A stretch of DNA of 64,000 nucleotides, from NCBI GenBank assembly GCA_030295235.1, contig AP026164.1:186001-250000 (forward strand), written 5' to 3'. This document shows positions 13,184-26,400 of this stretch, one piece after another. Within the stretch, counting starts at the first letter, position 1; each line of letters starts with the position of its first letter. The notes below the pieces were generated by a model. That model was not told the origin of the DNA and did not search any database. It was given only the letters and a program-made list of their open reading frames with translations. This DNA comes from Fistulifera solaris (taxonomy: Eukaryota). The position numbers and the translations under genes are program-made.

Positions 13184-14014
13184 TGTGCTGAAATGCTAAT
13201 GGAAGTTAGGTTGTTTTTGATACTCGAAGAGTGAATTTATGGCAGAGGCAATACGATCTACGATCGCGAGCATCAAGCGAAAAACGAAATGGCCTGTACC
13301 TGGTACCTGGTATTCGACAGGAACGAAACGGAACGCGAGAAAAGCCTTTGGTTCGCATTTGCTTTCTCCGGGTGGTTACATTTGAGAGGATAGTGTGAAC
13401 AGGTCAAGATCCAACCGGAACCGGATCGTTCACAGCAGAATTTACTATAGTATCTAAGTGTATATCAAGACTGGATTTCAGTCATGAGACGAGGAACGTG
13501 TTTCTCGCATGTGCAATAACAAACATTCTTTCGATAAGTTATTTACTTCTTTACAGTAATTGCTAAGAAATTGTTCTTTCTTTATACAGTTTACAAAGCG
13601 AATATTACCTAACGGTTGTTCGTGTGTCTCCAAGACTGCATTTCGGGCAACAGTCGTGAACCATAGTTGGCAGAACTTTATCTTCTCGCCTCGCACTAAT
13701 TTAGAAGTTTGTTAATATTCAAACTTTGTGTAAGTTACTGATTGCTAGACTGCTTGAAATAACAATGCGTTTCAAATGCTTTGTGTCATCAAAACAAGTA
13801 AAACTATTTGCGTGAGTGGATTTCAGTCACGAACACAATGTGTCTGTCTGCGTAGGTACCTGCTCCGTAGCTCGCCCTCGCTTTTATGGTTTCCTGTTGT
13901 TCTTCTCCATTCATAATTCGAAAAAAAAAGTGGCTTCTGTCAATTGAACTCATAATCAGAGCAAAGGTCGATTATATCAATCGTACCAAGTGCATATCCG
14001 CTTTCCTAAACACG

Positions 14015-14576
14015 ATGCCCCATTCCTCGAAACATCCCGGTAGCAAAATTACCAAAGAAGAGCGCCGTGCCAAGTACACCAAGATAGCACGAGATCGAAA
14101 ACAAAAGAACGAACGCGCCTCAAAGAGTCCCAAACGACATGTTTTCATTGCAGGAAACACGGACACTCGCTTGCGCAGTGTCCTGATAAACCTCAATCGG
14201 TGCAGTTATGCTTCAAATGTGGCTCGACGGAGCATGGCTTGTGGCAATGTCCGAAGATGAAAGACAAGAACGACTCAGATCTCCCTTTGCCAAATGTTTC
14301 GTCTGTCATAAAGAAGGTCATCTTTCACGACAATGTCCTCAGAATACAAAGGGAATTTACGTCAATGGTGGGTCGTGTCGTCTTTGTGGATCAACGGAAC
14401 ATCGTGCGACCGATTGTCCAGACAACGACAAGAAGAAAAAGAAGAAACGAAGTGATTCGGTGGATGAAGTGGAAGTGGAAGAGCTTCTCGAACAGCCAAA
14501 TGAGCGTCTTGATGCCAAAGTTGTAGAAAAGAAAGCGGCCACTGCAAACAAGAAACGTCGAGTTGTGAAATTTTGA
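14015..14576 (+). CDS. CCHC zinc-knuckle protein (ZCCHC9-like), 4 knuckles; two frameshifts
   Basis: CFHCRKHGHSLAQC, CFKCGSTEHGLWQC, CFVCHKEGHLSRQC (followed by PQNTKGIYVNGG) and CRLCGSTEHRATDC across three frames; Lys-rich termini. Confidence 0.85.
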
Positions 14577-14855
14577 AAAGCATACAAACTCATCCCCAAC
14601 ACAAGACGGACTGGGACGGGTCTTGACGACAAGAATAGAACGGAGTTGATTGCACAAAATTACTTCATGAGAATTGGACCTGAATATCCGTGCGAAAAAT
14701 CGATGCTGGTTCTTGATTGCCAAAGGTAACCCAGTATTGCCACTAACGTCGTGGTACACTATTCTGCAAACGAGTTGTAGAGAGATAATTTCTAGATGAA
14801 GCTATTCTTTTGTAAGACTCTTCCATTTCATCATGTCTGAGCCAAGTCGATTTAT

Positions 14856-15485
14856 TTACATCCTTTAATCAAGATCGTCGGAAAGAGAACAGCTTTGTGA
14901 ATGTTCAATCAATGCGTATTCGAATCCATCCACCAGCGCATTTAGACTAGCCGATATAACGTTGGTATCGACAGAAACTGTCGTCCACTTTGTATCTTTC
15001 TGCGTGTCGCGAAATTCAATCATGACCCTTGTCGCAGCTTGTGTTGCCGACTGAGGATCCAAAATACGAACCTTGTAGTCGACTAACTCGATATTCTTCA
15101 AATAAGGATGCGACGGTGTTACGGCTCTGGTCAAAGCTGCGGCCAGCGCGTCCACGGGACCGTTGCCATCGCCAACTTCCAGTCGATCTTCAAAAGGCAA
15201 TCGGTTTGTCGTTTCACAATCATTGTCGTTGCTGCTATCTGAAACGGTTCGAACTTTTATGGTTGCGCGGGCAGTCGGTGCGAGAGAAGAACTACTGATA
15301 CTATGTTTTTTCATCACGCGTGTAGCGCTGTCAATGTTCGAATCGTACACCTGTGCGCTATAATCTAAGACTCGGAAAGGTGGACAATAACCCCGAGTTG
15401 CGTGCAAAATCACAAGATGGACACTGGCTTCGGCGCCTTCGAAAGTGTACCCAACGGCTTCCAGTTCTTTCACTCGGTTCAATAG
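14856..15485 (-). pseudogene. 5'-truncated duplicate of the citramalate synthase 3' end (regulatory-domain region)
   Basis: Near-identical to 20708-21339 (offset about 5852 bp). It lacks the 5' exons and abuts the ADH-like remnant at about 15486. Confidence 0.9.
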
Positions 15486-15489
15486 GAAG

Positions 15490-15990
15490 ACCCACTCCAG
15501 ATTCCACCCACTCCAAATATTGCTATCAATTCACTTTTGTAGTAGTCGCCGTTGCTGTTTCACAGCGCAATACGCGGTTGTGAATCGACACCCCACAAGA
15601 AGTCGCTTGAACGAACGAACGAACGAATCCGGAATGCGTTTGACATTCCGATGGGCACGAGGAATGGCTGCATACTCAGCTAACCTGCCCGAATCGGTGT
15701 GAATCCAAGTGCCTGTTGATGGGACCACGCGCTTATGCAGTTTCGATGACATTAGTGACTCGATCTCCTACCGAAAACTGTTCGCCGAACCGAACGTGCT
15801 ACTTGAACGACGATGCCACTAAGTTCATGACCGGGTAAAGAAGGCTATCCATGCTGTTTCATATCATCATCATCATCATCAGCAGCAGCAGCCATCTGGA
15901 GATTTTTGCGGAACGGGCACATGCCCGACCCGCCACGCCGCATGGGTTCGCCAAATTCTCGATAACCTTCGATTGACAGCCGCTTGCATC
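15490..15990 (-). pseudogene. Decayed zinc-dependent (medium-chain) alcohol dehydrogenase
   Basis: Fragments in shifting frames: YREFGEP, HVPVP, LPGHELSGIVVQVA, QFSVGDRVT, GRLAEYAAIPRAHRNVKRIPDS, GCRFTTAYCAVKQQ, with stops and indels. Confidence 0.8.
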
Positions 15991-17299
15991 GTTCGATTTG
16001 AAACATAATGGGGCACACTCTGTTTCCTGAATCGCAAAGTGTCCTAAGTACAATCAAAATCGTTTTCTTTCATTTAGAATGGCGAAAGTTGTTGCCTTGA
16101 AAGAAAACGAGAATTCGTACAAAATGCAAATGCAGTGGGCATGGGCGTGTGGATTTTATCGCCGCCAGTAAGCAGACACACAGACACACAGACTGCTGAC
16201 ACACCGAAGGAGTGCGATTGAAAGAACAAGACTGAAGGAAAGCATGCGAAACAAAGCGTCGAAAACAAAACAAAACAAAACAAAACATCACCGGCACACA
16301 AAGTGCCTCCAATGGACTTGACATCCATTCTTTCCCCCTTGTTCAACTTGAATTTCAAACGCGTATTTTGCCCGTGAGATGCGAGCAGGCCAGGCTCGCA
16401 GCTGCGTTCATCATTATTGAAAAATATCCAGACGAGTATATGGCGACATTCATTCGTGGATCGTGGGATCCCAACCGATACATGGAGAAAACCGTTGCTC
16501 GAGACAGAAATACTTAGATAGTTCCCTCTAAATGATTTTTAAATTGAGTTTGTGAATACAAACTGATTTTGATTTTACGATAGGAGAAGCGGAGAAGCAT
16601 CGCCAAACATCTTTGTCTCTTTTTTCGCTGCGTTCTTCTTCTTCTCACATCTCCTCTCAAAGGCGACTGAGAGAGGTGTGATGTCCTCCCCGTATTCAGT
16701 TGTTGCCAAAGCTGTGGCCTGCGATCACAGCTTGGGACCGTATGGTTGAATACATAGTGGGAGCGCATGAAGGGTTGTGGTGCGTATGTCCCGAGGAAGG
16801 AGGAGTCGTCTCGCAAAACGGCAACCTCGTGTCGTCTCTCGACGATTCGCTTGCCTGCTTGCGAGGCTTTCCTGCCTTACCGGAAAACACGCAGTTGGAG
16901 CATTGTGCTGGGAAAAGTTCTTCACCTGAGTTGTGGGATCCATGAGGCGTGCCGAAGAACTGTGTGCGCCAGTGATTGGTGAAGCAATGGTAACGGTTGA
17001 GCGGGGTTTGGGGTTCACCCGCTGAGCAGCTTATGAAAGCCACATTCGCCTTTCCGCTCCCAACCGGATACATGGGCGTTTGTGATCGCTTGTTGACATC
17101 TGCTTAACGTCTTCGGAGCTCTTGCGGTGCTTATGAGTTATCCTAGAAATAGGTTAGCGGTTACGGGCACTAGCAAGGGTCCCCCATATGTCCCAGCACA
17201 ATGAAAAATGTATACCACGACACTCTTCATGCTAACACTTGTTCATTTCAAAACCAAATAAAGTAAAATTAATAAACTAAGACAAACTGAGGGATGCGC

Positions 17300-20100
17300 G
17301 TGGCGGGTACTGACGATGGGGAAACTCTTCCATGTGACACTCTCCGATTCCGTGCGCGCAAGCGTTTTCGTGGTCGTGCGGATTGTTATTTGCTCTAGTC
17401 TCTCCATCTTTTGTTGTCTTGCGCTCTGCTCGAGCCAGTTTTAACTTGCAAACTCTTTCATTATATCCATGACCTCGAAGATGATGATTCGATGTCCTTC
17501 GCGGGCATATGATCAGTCAACAATGTAAAAAAAAGACTGTCCTCTTTTCCAATCGGCATGACTTTCGTTGCCGTATCGTGACAGCTGGCAAGTGATGCAA
17601 GCACACTAACACCGACACCACTGAAAATAAATCAGACTTTTCGTCTTTATTTCATACGGCTTTTTTGCTCCAAAAACCCAGAGATAGCCGATGCCGCACT
17701 AGGAATTTCATAGTCTCCCTCGTCGCCTCCATCCTTGCAAACTTTGCAAACATTCAACGTCTCAGAAAGTCATTGCGGTTAGCGAGTCGCAATAGTCTAC
17801 AAACTGTGTGTGGACAGCGCTGGCGCCGATGGCAGCAATAACCGAATCGCTTTGGTCTCTTGCTCAAAAAAAGCCTTGTTGCGTCGATGCCGAAGACGCG
17901 GAGATGGCAGCTGCTGCATATGGAGACAAATTTTCCCAGTTCGTAAACCTCCCTTTTGTCCGTCCGCTTCTCCATCAATGCCTTGGTCTTCATCAGTAAT
18001 AACTGGCAGTTGCATCAAGCGACTCGGTGAAAAGATTCTCAAACTCCCGAACATCGTACTTTAAACTGTCCACTTGCACTCTTCCCTAAATCCACGACCC
18101 CAAAGAGTTGCCTTTCGATTTCTAAGGATTTATTAGGTTCCAATGTACTTGTATCTTCTTCCGTTTCACTTTCTTTGTCGTTGCCTACTGTCGTCGCCCC
18201 AGAGGAGACGAAGACACATTCTGAGAAGCGATACTCTGAATTTGAAGCTCATTAAAGGCGGTCGCGGCTGAAATATCTTCTTTACATCGAAATTCGTCGT
18301 TTGCGATCTAGCTTTTTAGATGAGACTTCAATCTGGATCCAAGTTAAGGAGCGACAAGTCGCCGCCATCCCGAGTCATCGCATTCTCCACGGCACCTCGT
18401 GGTTGTCCCATCTTCAGCATCTTGTAAAATTCCATTAAACATTCATCTACTTACAAGGGAGGGTCCAAGCATACAGCCTGCGTCGATCTGCAAGACACAA
18501 GACTCTTTTCGGGATCCAAATCACGAAGCGACACGTTGGCGCCATCCCGAATCATTGCATTCTCAACGGCTCCTCGTGGTCTGGGGATTGTCGAGAACGC
18601 TACTCGTTCCCCCCTTACATGTTCCGTTCGGCGTAACTGAAAAAACCGAGATTGGCGAAGGGCACATTTTAGCAGACTTGCATAGGAAGCTTGGAAACGT
18701 CGAGATCGATGTTCGCTGGCATTTTGCAATGACTCGGTGAAATCATTTCCCAGCGTCGTCCATACCAAACCCGCTTTGCACGCAAGAAACATCGTCACAT
18801 AGAATATCTCTCTGCGGCAAATTTGCTGCTTACTGACTGGAGCAATGTCAAGATGCCTTAAACGTCATAGATAGCAAAAATGCCGTTTAATCAGTAAGGT
18901 GCGCGTATTGATGTATCAGATCAACTCTGTCATATCGTAAGTTGACAGGTCCGACTCCAACAAAACCCGTTGTGTTCGCATAACAAAAAATAATCTTTGA
19001 TAGAATAGAGAGATCGCCTGCGTAGTGTCTTCCGGGTCAGCACAGCAAACAAAAGTCTCCCTCCAATATCTGCTAACCGGAAAGAAGTTAACCGAAAAGA
19101 AGTCAAATTTATCCTCCAAATGGCTGCTTCCTTGCTGGACAGAGGGTTTCGTCGCTGATATATGATAATATCTCCAAACAAGTCAGGATGACTAGAATAC
19201 GCATGGTCACCTGGGCGTTGAAAATATCCAGACCACTCATTGATACTGACTTTAGTAAGAGCGGCTACCGATTCATATATCGCTTGAGCTCGATCGTGGC
19301 ATCAAAATTTCTAAAGAAGGTACCAAGCCCGTATTGCTACCGAGAGAGCCTTTGCCACTGTAGCCCGTGAGAGCTCACTTCCCGGACATTGCTGCTTTCA
19401 AGGAAGAGTAAGAAGCTATCTTCGGTCGTGTCCACTCAACCAGTGAGGTTGATATAGCAAGCGATGGCAATAGCCGTTCGAGCGGAGAGCTCCGTCGCGG
19501 CTGACGAGTTGAGAGTTCTGTGAGACCGGATGTCAGATTGAACGCTCAGGGATGACGTATCATCGTTGTTACTGGGACTTTGAAAATCCGATTTGCCGAC
19601 TTCATCAAAGTTGGTATGAGAAACTTATCGAACAGTTGAAACAGAATCTCCCAATTCCAGAAATGTGCTGGTACAACGGTCCAGGGCGTCTCTTTGTTGT
19701 TCGCTTTGCATGAATGATTCTCCTTCACATGTCGATCGTCCCAGATCTCGATATGTTGGTTCATACTCCGGAAAGGATTACGATACGGCAATGATGCGAT
19801 TTGTCACGTAACTAACGTGTAAAAGTGCAGGAATCCGCCGTTCCTGTTGTTGTAAATAACTCATTTTTTCCGTAATCTCTGCGTAGTCGGTTCTGTTGTC
19901 AGCATGATTTGGATGCGACGGCGTCCGGTGGTCGCCGTTCAAAAGGGAAGTAAGGAGCGACCAGATTTGCAGGCAAACGACCTTTGCACACACTCTTTCG
20001 AAAGCCACAGGGCTAGTGCAATATGAAAGAGCGATTAACAACGTCGAAAAGGTAGAATGGTTCACCGAACTGCCTCCATCGTCGTTCTCGCATTCTTCTT
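17300..20100 (-). pseudogene. Decayed PTEN/C2-domain formin with WASH/CCDC53-like repeats and FH2 start (boundaries approximate)
   Basis: PTEN-like HVSYVTNRIIAVS (~19800) and RTAIAIACYI (~19470); C2-like YANTTGFVGVGPVNLRYDRVDL (~18950); repeats PRGAVENAMIRDGANVSLRDLDPEKSL (~18550) and FYKMLKMGQPRGAVENAMTRDG (~18400); FH2-like KRKKIQVHWN and KYDVREFENLFTESLD (~18020-18170). Many stops and frameshifts. Confidence 0.75.
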
Positions 20101-20707
20101 GGCCATTGCCAAACTTTGTATCATCGCGTAATAACGTAAAAAAAACTATAAGGGCTTTGTCTATTCGACATCACAAATCAATAAGTGCATTGCGAATGCT
20201 ACTGAATCTGTAGGTTGTTTCAGTTGAGACGAAAGGAAAATTGAATTACAAGTACAAGTACAGTTCAGCAGTTCAGCATGCCAGCAGTAAGAACGAAAGC
20301 TAGCAACTAGCTGCTACAAGTAAAAAGGGTACAAAAACTGATTATTCATGACTGAAATGCAGTCGTATTTTAATACAGACAACACTTTGGGTCTATAGTA
20401 AATACGGAGGCTAACGCTTCCCAAGGCATTTCGCCAATACAATGTACGAAGAATCAATCTACTTGTGTGGCACTATGCTTGCATCTACCATTTTTCACAT
20501 TTGATCAATTATCCACCTATCCATGCCACTTACTACGTTCTACTATTCAAAATCAACTGGATTGTCTCGAGACGATCTCTGCAACGTAAAAGCTATTGTA
20601 TATCGTAACAGAAGACCATCTTACTTTGTATTCTGCTGCCATTGGTCATAAACAATCTCGCGTCCATTGTTCCTACTCTGTTTGTACTACGGTCAATATT
20701 ATTATTA

Positions 20708-22678
20708 TTATACCCTTTCGTCAAGATCGTCGGAAAGAGAACAGCTTTGTGAATGTTCAATCAATGCGTATTCGAATCCATCCACCAGCGCATTTAGACT
20801 AGCCGATATAACGTTGGTATCGACAGAAACTGTCGTCCACTTTGTATCTTTCTGCGTGTCGCGAAATTCAATCATGACCCTTGTCGCAGCTTGTGTTGCC
20901 GACTGAGGATCCAAAATACGAACCTTGTAGTCGACTAACTCGATATTCTTCAAATAAGGATGCGACGGTGTTACGGCTCTGGTCAAAGCTGCGGCCAGCG
21001 CGTCCACGGGACCGTTGCCATCGCCAACTTCCAGTCGATCTTCAAAAGGCAATCGGTTTGTCGTTTCACAATTATCGTCGTCGCTGCTATCTGAAACGGT
21101 TCGAACTTTTATGGTTGCGCGGGCAGTCGGTGCGAGAGAAGAACTACTGATACTATGTTTTTTCATCACGCGTGTAGCGCTGTCAATGTTCGAATCATAC
21201 ACCTGTGCGCTATAATCTAAGACTCGGAAAGGTGGACAATAACCCCGAGTTGCGTGCAAAATCATAAGATGGACACTGGCTTCGGCGCCTTCGAAAGTGT
21301 ACCCAACGGCTTCTAGTTCTTTCACTCGATTCAGAATAGCTAGAGCGCGGTCATTGGTTCCAGTTTCACTGATATCGATTCCGGCTGCTTCCATTTTGCT
21401 TAATATGTTCTGACGTCCCGACAACTCTGAAATCAAAACTCGCATTTCGTTACCGACCAAGCCAGGATCAATGTGTTGGTATGACAATGGCGAACGCTCC
21501 ATGGCCGCCACATGCAGTCCGCCTTTGTGCGCAAATGCAGAAATACCAACATAGGGAGCAGCAACGTTCGGCGATCGATTCAAAATTTCATCAACATACC
21601 GACTGACACTGGTCAAATTTTGGAGCTGCTCCTTGCAAGCAATATTGCTTCCCATATGTAACGCAAGAGTTGGGATGATCGAGCACAAGTCGGCGTTACC
21701 GGTTCGTTCCCCAATACCGTTGATGGTGCCTTGAATGAGACCGATCCCATTTTGACAAGCAACGACCGAGTTCGCCACTGCCATGCCACAATCGTTGTGA
21801 CAGTGAATCCCAATGGTGACGTAGCGATCAAAATGTCGAACAACTCGTTGACTCACTTGACCCACCGTCCACGGCATGGTCCCTCCGTTTGTGTCACAAA
21901 GAACTAGGCAGGTAGCTCCAGCATCGGCGGCCGCTTCACAACACTGCAAGGCATAGGTCGGATCGGCGGCATATCCGTCGAAAAAATGCTCCATGTCCAC
22001 CATCACTTGTCGGCCTGCTCTTGTCAGGTGCATTACAGTATCACGAATCATGTCGATATTTTCTTGCAAATCCGCTTTCAAAATCTCCTTCACTTGCCAC
22101 GAATGCGATTTAGCGACTATGCAACATGTCGGCGCATTCGATTCAATCAGCAATTGCACCTGTGCATCTTGGTCAGCCGAAGTATTTTTGCGTCGTGTAC
22201 TGCCGAATGCCACTAATTTCGCTCGGGCAGTTTCCGGCAACTCTGTTTGTGCTCGACGAAAGAACTCAGCATCCTTCGGATTGCTTCCTGGCCATCCTGC
22301 TTCAATGTAATTCACACCGAACTCCGCCAGACGACGGCATATTTTTAATTTGTCGTCGGCCGAAGCAGATACTGATTCTCCTTGTGTGCCATCTAGGAAA
22401 GATCGGTTTTTGTCAGTCCTTAAGATTTGGATCGCTTTCATCGGCCAATATACGACACGCTCTTTATTTCTACGTACCTCTTAACGTTGTATCATAAATA
22501 ATAGCATGCTTAGGCCCTACAACACCATCTGTGGTCGGTGTGACTTGAAAAGTTTTTGAATCCACTGATCCGATGTTGTCTTGGTCGACGAACGAGGAAG
22601 CAGCTGGCAGTCATTTGGCTTGGCGAGAAAAGCGCCAGCCCATCGTAAGCCGAGTAATAGCAGTAAGCTGTTCTTCAT
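20708..22678 (-). CDS. cimA: Citramalate synthase (DRE-TIM, bacterial CimA type), plastid-targeted; intron 22393..22477
   Basis: Leader MKNSLLLLLGLRWAGA-FLAK; spliced YDTTLRDGTQGE; LCDTNGG; HCHNDCG; GIGERTGNADL; SAFAHKGG; SELSGRQN; GYTFEGAEAS; GNGPVDAL and LVDYKVRIL regulatory domain. These fit the CimA branch rather than LeuA. Confidence 0.88.
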
Positions 22679-23467
22679 ATTGTATTTTCAATTTTGTTAC
22701 GAGTTAATTAATTTGTAAGATTGATTTTGATGTCAAATCTGCCGATGATGGCAAGTGAAAGCGTCGGACAAACAGAAAAGATTTTGTCGTGTTTGGGCGG
22801 CGGGGAACAAAGCGAACGCTTTCTTTCCGCCGCCTTGCGTCTCGGACAACCTACGGTCCAGGTAAAGTGTACTGTATGTATGTAGAGTGAGCCAGTGACA
22901 TCAGCATGGTGGACAGACAGACGTGTTGAATTAGTATTCTATTCTGTCGTAGTCAGTACTGGTACCGGTAGAATCTTATTCGTAATTTTTTTTTTCGTAT
23001 AATAATAAAGAAGCTACTAAACTTATATATTATTCCTAATTTCCTAACGTCAGAATGTAATCTTGACATTCGTAATACTTGTGTTGAGTTACCATGTACA
23101 AATAGTTGTATCGTTAAAATAATGCAGTCATCTTTTCTATTTTCTAGCCGTCAATTGTGTAAACTAATTTTGTATCGTATCGGTATTGAAAAGTGTATAT
23201 TCATTCATTCAACTGACACGATAGTGTGAGTACCAGCACACTTCGTACTTTAAACAGCGAATGCATCAAGCGTTTCTGCGTTGCAACATGCAACGAAAAC
23301 AAAAAAGGCACGCTTGTTTATTGTTTGCCTACAAGACATGATGTGTTACTGCGAAATCATTTGTTTATATATTTGCATTGATCAAGAAAACGAAGCTACG
23401 ATAAAACCTGCGATTTGATATTGCAAGCGATCCAGGAGCTGTTTTTCGACAACAACTGCCAAGAGTC

Positions 23468-26400
23468 ATGAGTCAAGACAATGATGCCCCGAACAGAAAC
23501 TCGTCCCCCTTCAATCGACAAACCTCTGCCTCGCATGATTTTGGTAATTTAAAGCCGCAAAACCGTCTAAGACCGATGCGCTCACAGGGGACCCTTAATC
23601 TCCCAGGATCATCACCGCGATATCCGACTATGTCGAAATCCTCCTCTTACCGACCTGACGAATTTGCATCGCCTTTGTCTCCCCGAATAGTTTCTGCTTC
23701 AAGCCCAGCCAAAGACCCAATACACCGATCTCCAGACTCATCTACACCCAGTGCTGTGCTAAAAGCTCCACCGCCCCATCCTACGGACGCTGCAAAACCT
23801 GCCTTCGGGAAGCGCTCGGCACGATCGTCGCTCGAGGACGATGTCCCCGAAGAATACCAAAAACAATTTGAGCTTTTCAGCGCGGTTCCAAAATCTTCCT
23901 CTCAAAGTGACGAGTTATTCAATATCGATCGGGATGTGTCCTATGCGCTGCAAACCAGTATCGGCATTCCGAATGCTGGCCCCGGTGTTACAGCGGATCC
24001 TTTCCATATTAGTAACGTGACTGAAGCAAGCATCAGATCTTTTCCCTCGAGGGAACTCAATTATACTTCTTCGCAGCTGAAATCTCCCCCGATCGAACGC
24101 AGCTCGTCCGTGCGATCTCGAGAAGCACCGGCCGAAATCTCACCGGCAACGGAAACGGCGTCTACTTCGTTTCATGATTTGACAGAGGAAGAGCTCATAG
24201 AAGCTGCTATCAAAGCTTCGGAACGAGAATATGACGCCTTATCGAGGGAAGTTACATCGGGTGTTTTGTCGCAGCAAGAAGTCGAAGAAATCAAAACAAA
24301 TGCCAGAAATCTACAGGACGCTTCGAAGACAGAACATTTCGAAAGTGAAGTTGTTGCATCGCTATTGGATGTTTGTAAACAAGATGTTAATCGAATTGCA
24401 GACGCCGTGGAGTCGGCAGTCAGTCGAGGGCAAGAATTTTCAGGACTGTTTGAATTGAACGATATCCTCACGGATGCTATTGCTGTCGGCGAAAATACCC
24501 TGAAACATTACGAATCATCATCTTCCAATGTTCAGGAGTATCTTGATCCTGAAACGCCTAGATTGGATTTTCCGAATCTTGTTGAAAACAGAGATATCTT
24601 CACTTTGATTTGTTCGTTGCGTTCCCATAATACTTTCCGTTTAGAGGCCACTTTGGCACTCATGCATTTTGCGCGAGATGCTGAAGGAGGGACACTCGAG
24701 CAAATTCGATTACGAGATGAAATTCGATCATCCGGGGGCATGCATTCCCTGCTGACAGTATTTGAGTCTTCAAATGTAACCTACGAATTGAAAGTTGTGG
24801 CGGCGATTGCTGTGGCGTATCTATCACCTTCTTTTGTGGAAGCATTGACGGACATGCATGCCAGTATTGCATTGAAAATTGTTGAGTGCATACGATTTTT
24901 GACTAGATGTCGAAATGTAACGCCGCTGGGCGAAGTGATTTCAAGAGATGATGCCTGTGTTGCAGCCTCTGTGAGTCTTGCGGCGTTCTGGCTTACATAT
25001 CTTTGTCCGAAATTAAATTCTGACCTCTCAACAGCAATCGTGACTGCTGAAAACACACCTTTGGCAAAGCGATGGGGTAACGGAGCTGTAATCGATCAAC
25101 GCAGAGAAAATATAGCATTGCGGGAAGTACTCGAAATCGCAGTGTCTCTTATAGTTGATATTGCAAATCAAAGCAATGCATCGGCGACGTCGCTTACTCT
25201 TGTTGAGCAAGTCTGCGCCGTTGAGATCGCAAGACCCATAGCAGTCCGCGAAGGTATCCTCAAGACTTTAGTTCGGTGGTCGGAGTCTGGCGATGCCGAG
25301 TTTATACGTGCTGCTACATTTTCCTTACAATGCCTAACGTCTGTCAATGATGCGTACCTAGCAGGATGGATACATTCAGAAATGGTCAACAAAGGGGCGG
25401 TGAAAGCATTGGCTAATTTGACACGCACTCCAGATATAAGCCATGATGTACGGTTGTCCATTGCTCAGATTCTGGCATCGCTTTGTGTAGCACCTCATAC
25501 GCGTGCCGCGGTGGTCGAAGCAAACTGCATTCAATTCCTTGTCGGATTTCTTTATGAGCCAGCTGAAGTATCCTTACGAGATGTCATTTTATCGGCAGGA
25601 AGTGCATTAGTACATCTTGCTCGAGGTGCTATCACAAGGGCGACCATTATGAATGATGAACAGGATGACGAAAGTGATACGTCGAGACGAGATTGCGGAA
25701 AGATGCTTTTAGAGTAAGTAACCTGCATGGCACAATCCGAAATTTTCTGTTGACTAAACAATCTTGAACGTGACTGCAGTGATATTTTTGGAAAGCGGCG
25801 CTGTCGATCAATTCGTTACAATAGCTCGTGATCGCAAGGATAGGCTAAGGTCAATTGCTGTAGAAGGATTGCGTATAATTAGTGAGGATGTCAGTTTGAC
25901 ACGGCAGACTCGCCTTCGTCTTTGCAAAGATGGAGCTGCGGCCGCCCTCGGGGCTGTGTTGAAAGATATTGTAGATCCCATGCCAGCAAGATTTCATCTC
26001 AATCAGGCGGTGATGGGACTCTCGCACGACGAAAAAAAGCAACTGCAAGAAGGTCTTTGTGCGTTGGCGAACATTTTGGAGCCGGTTCAGGATTCTTCAA
26101 GGCGAAAGCGGTTATCGGGTCATGTTCTGCTAGACGCGAACGCTGTTTTGATAGAGGGCTGTATAGACACTGCAACGCACGGTGGCCTTGATTCAATTTT
26201 GAAAATAGCATCATTCCCCTTTACGATCACATCACAATTCAATGCAATCACCCAAACAAATGGTAGCTCAGGGCTGAGCCTGCTTGAAGAAGCTTGTCGA
26301 TCACTTGCCGCACTTGCACCGTTACTTCTGACTCGGTCTGTCGCCGCACAAGGCATTGCCATAAGGGCTCATGATGTACTAAGTGCATTTCACACTGTCT

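Noticed and set aside
14015..14576. Retroelement Gag zinc knuckles
   Set aside because: Four knuckles with the CPQNxKGIYxNGG linker fit cellular ZCCHC9-like proteins, and no pol follows.
16500..17100. Possible third pseudogene inside the decayed block
   Set aside because: Several short ORFs but no identifiable family.
15486..20700. LTR retrotransposon or prophage flanked by direct repeats
   Set aside because: The repeats are cimA coding sequence, not LTRs. The interior has host-gene remnants and no RT, integrase, transposase or capsid motifs that I could see.
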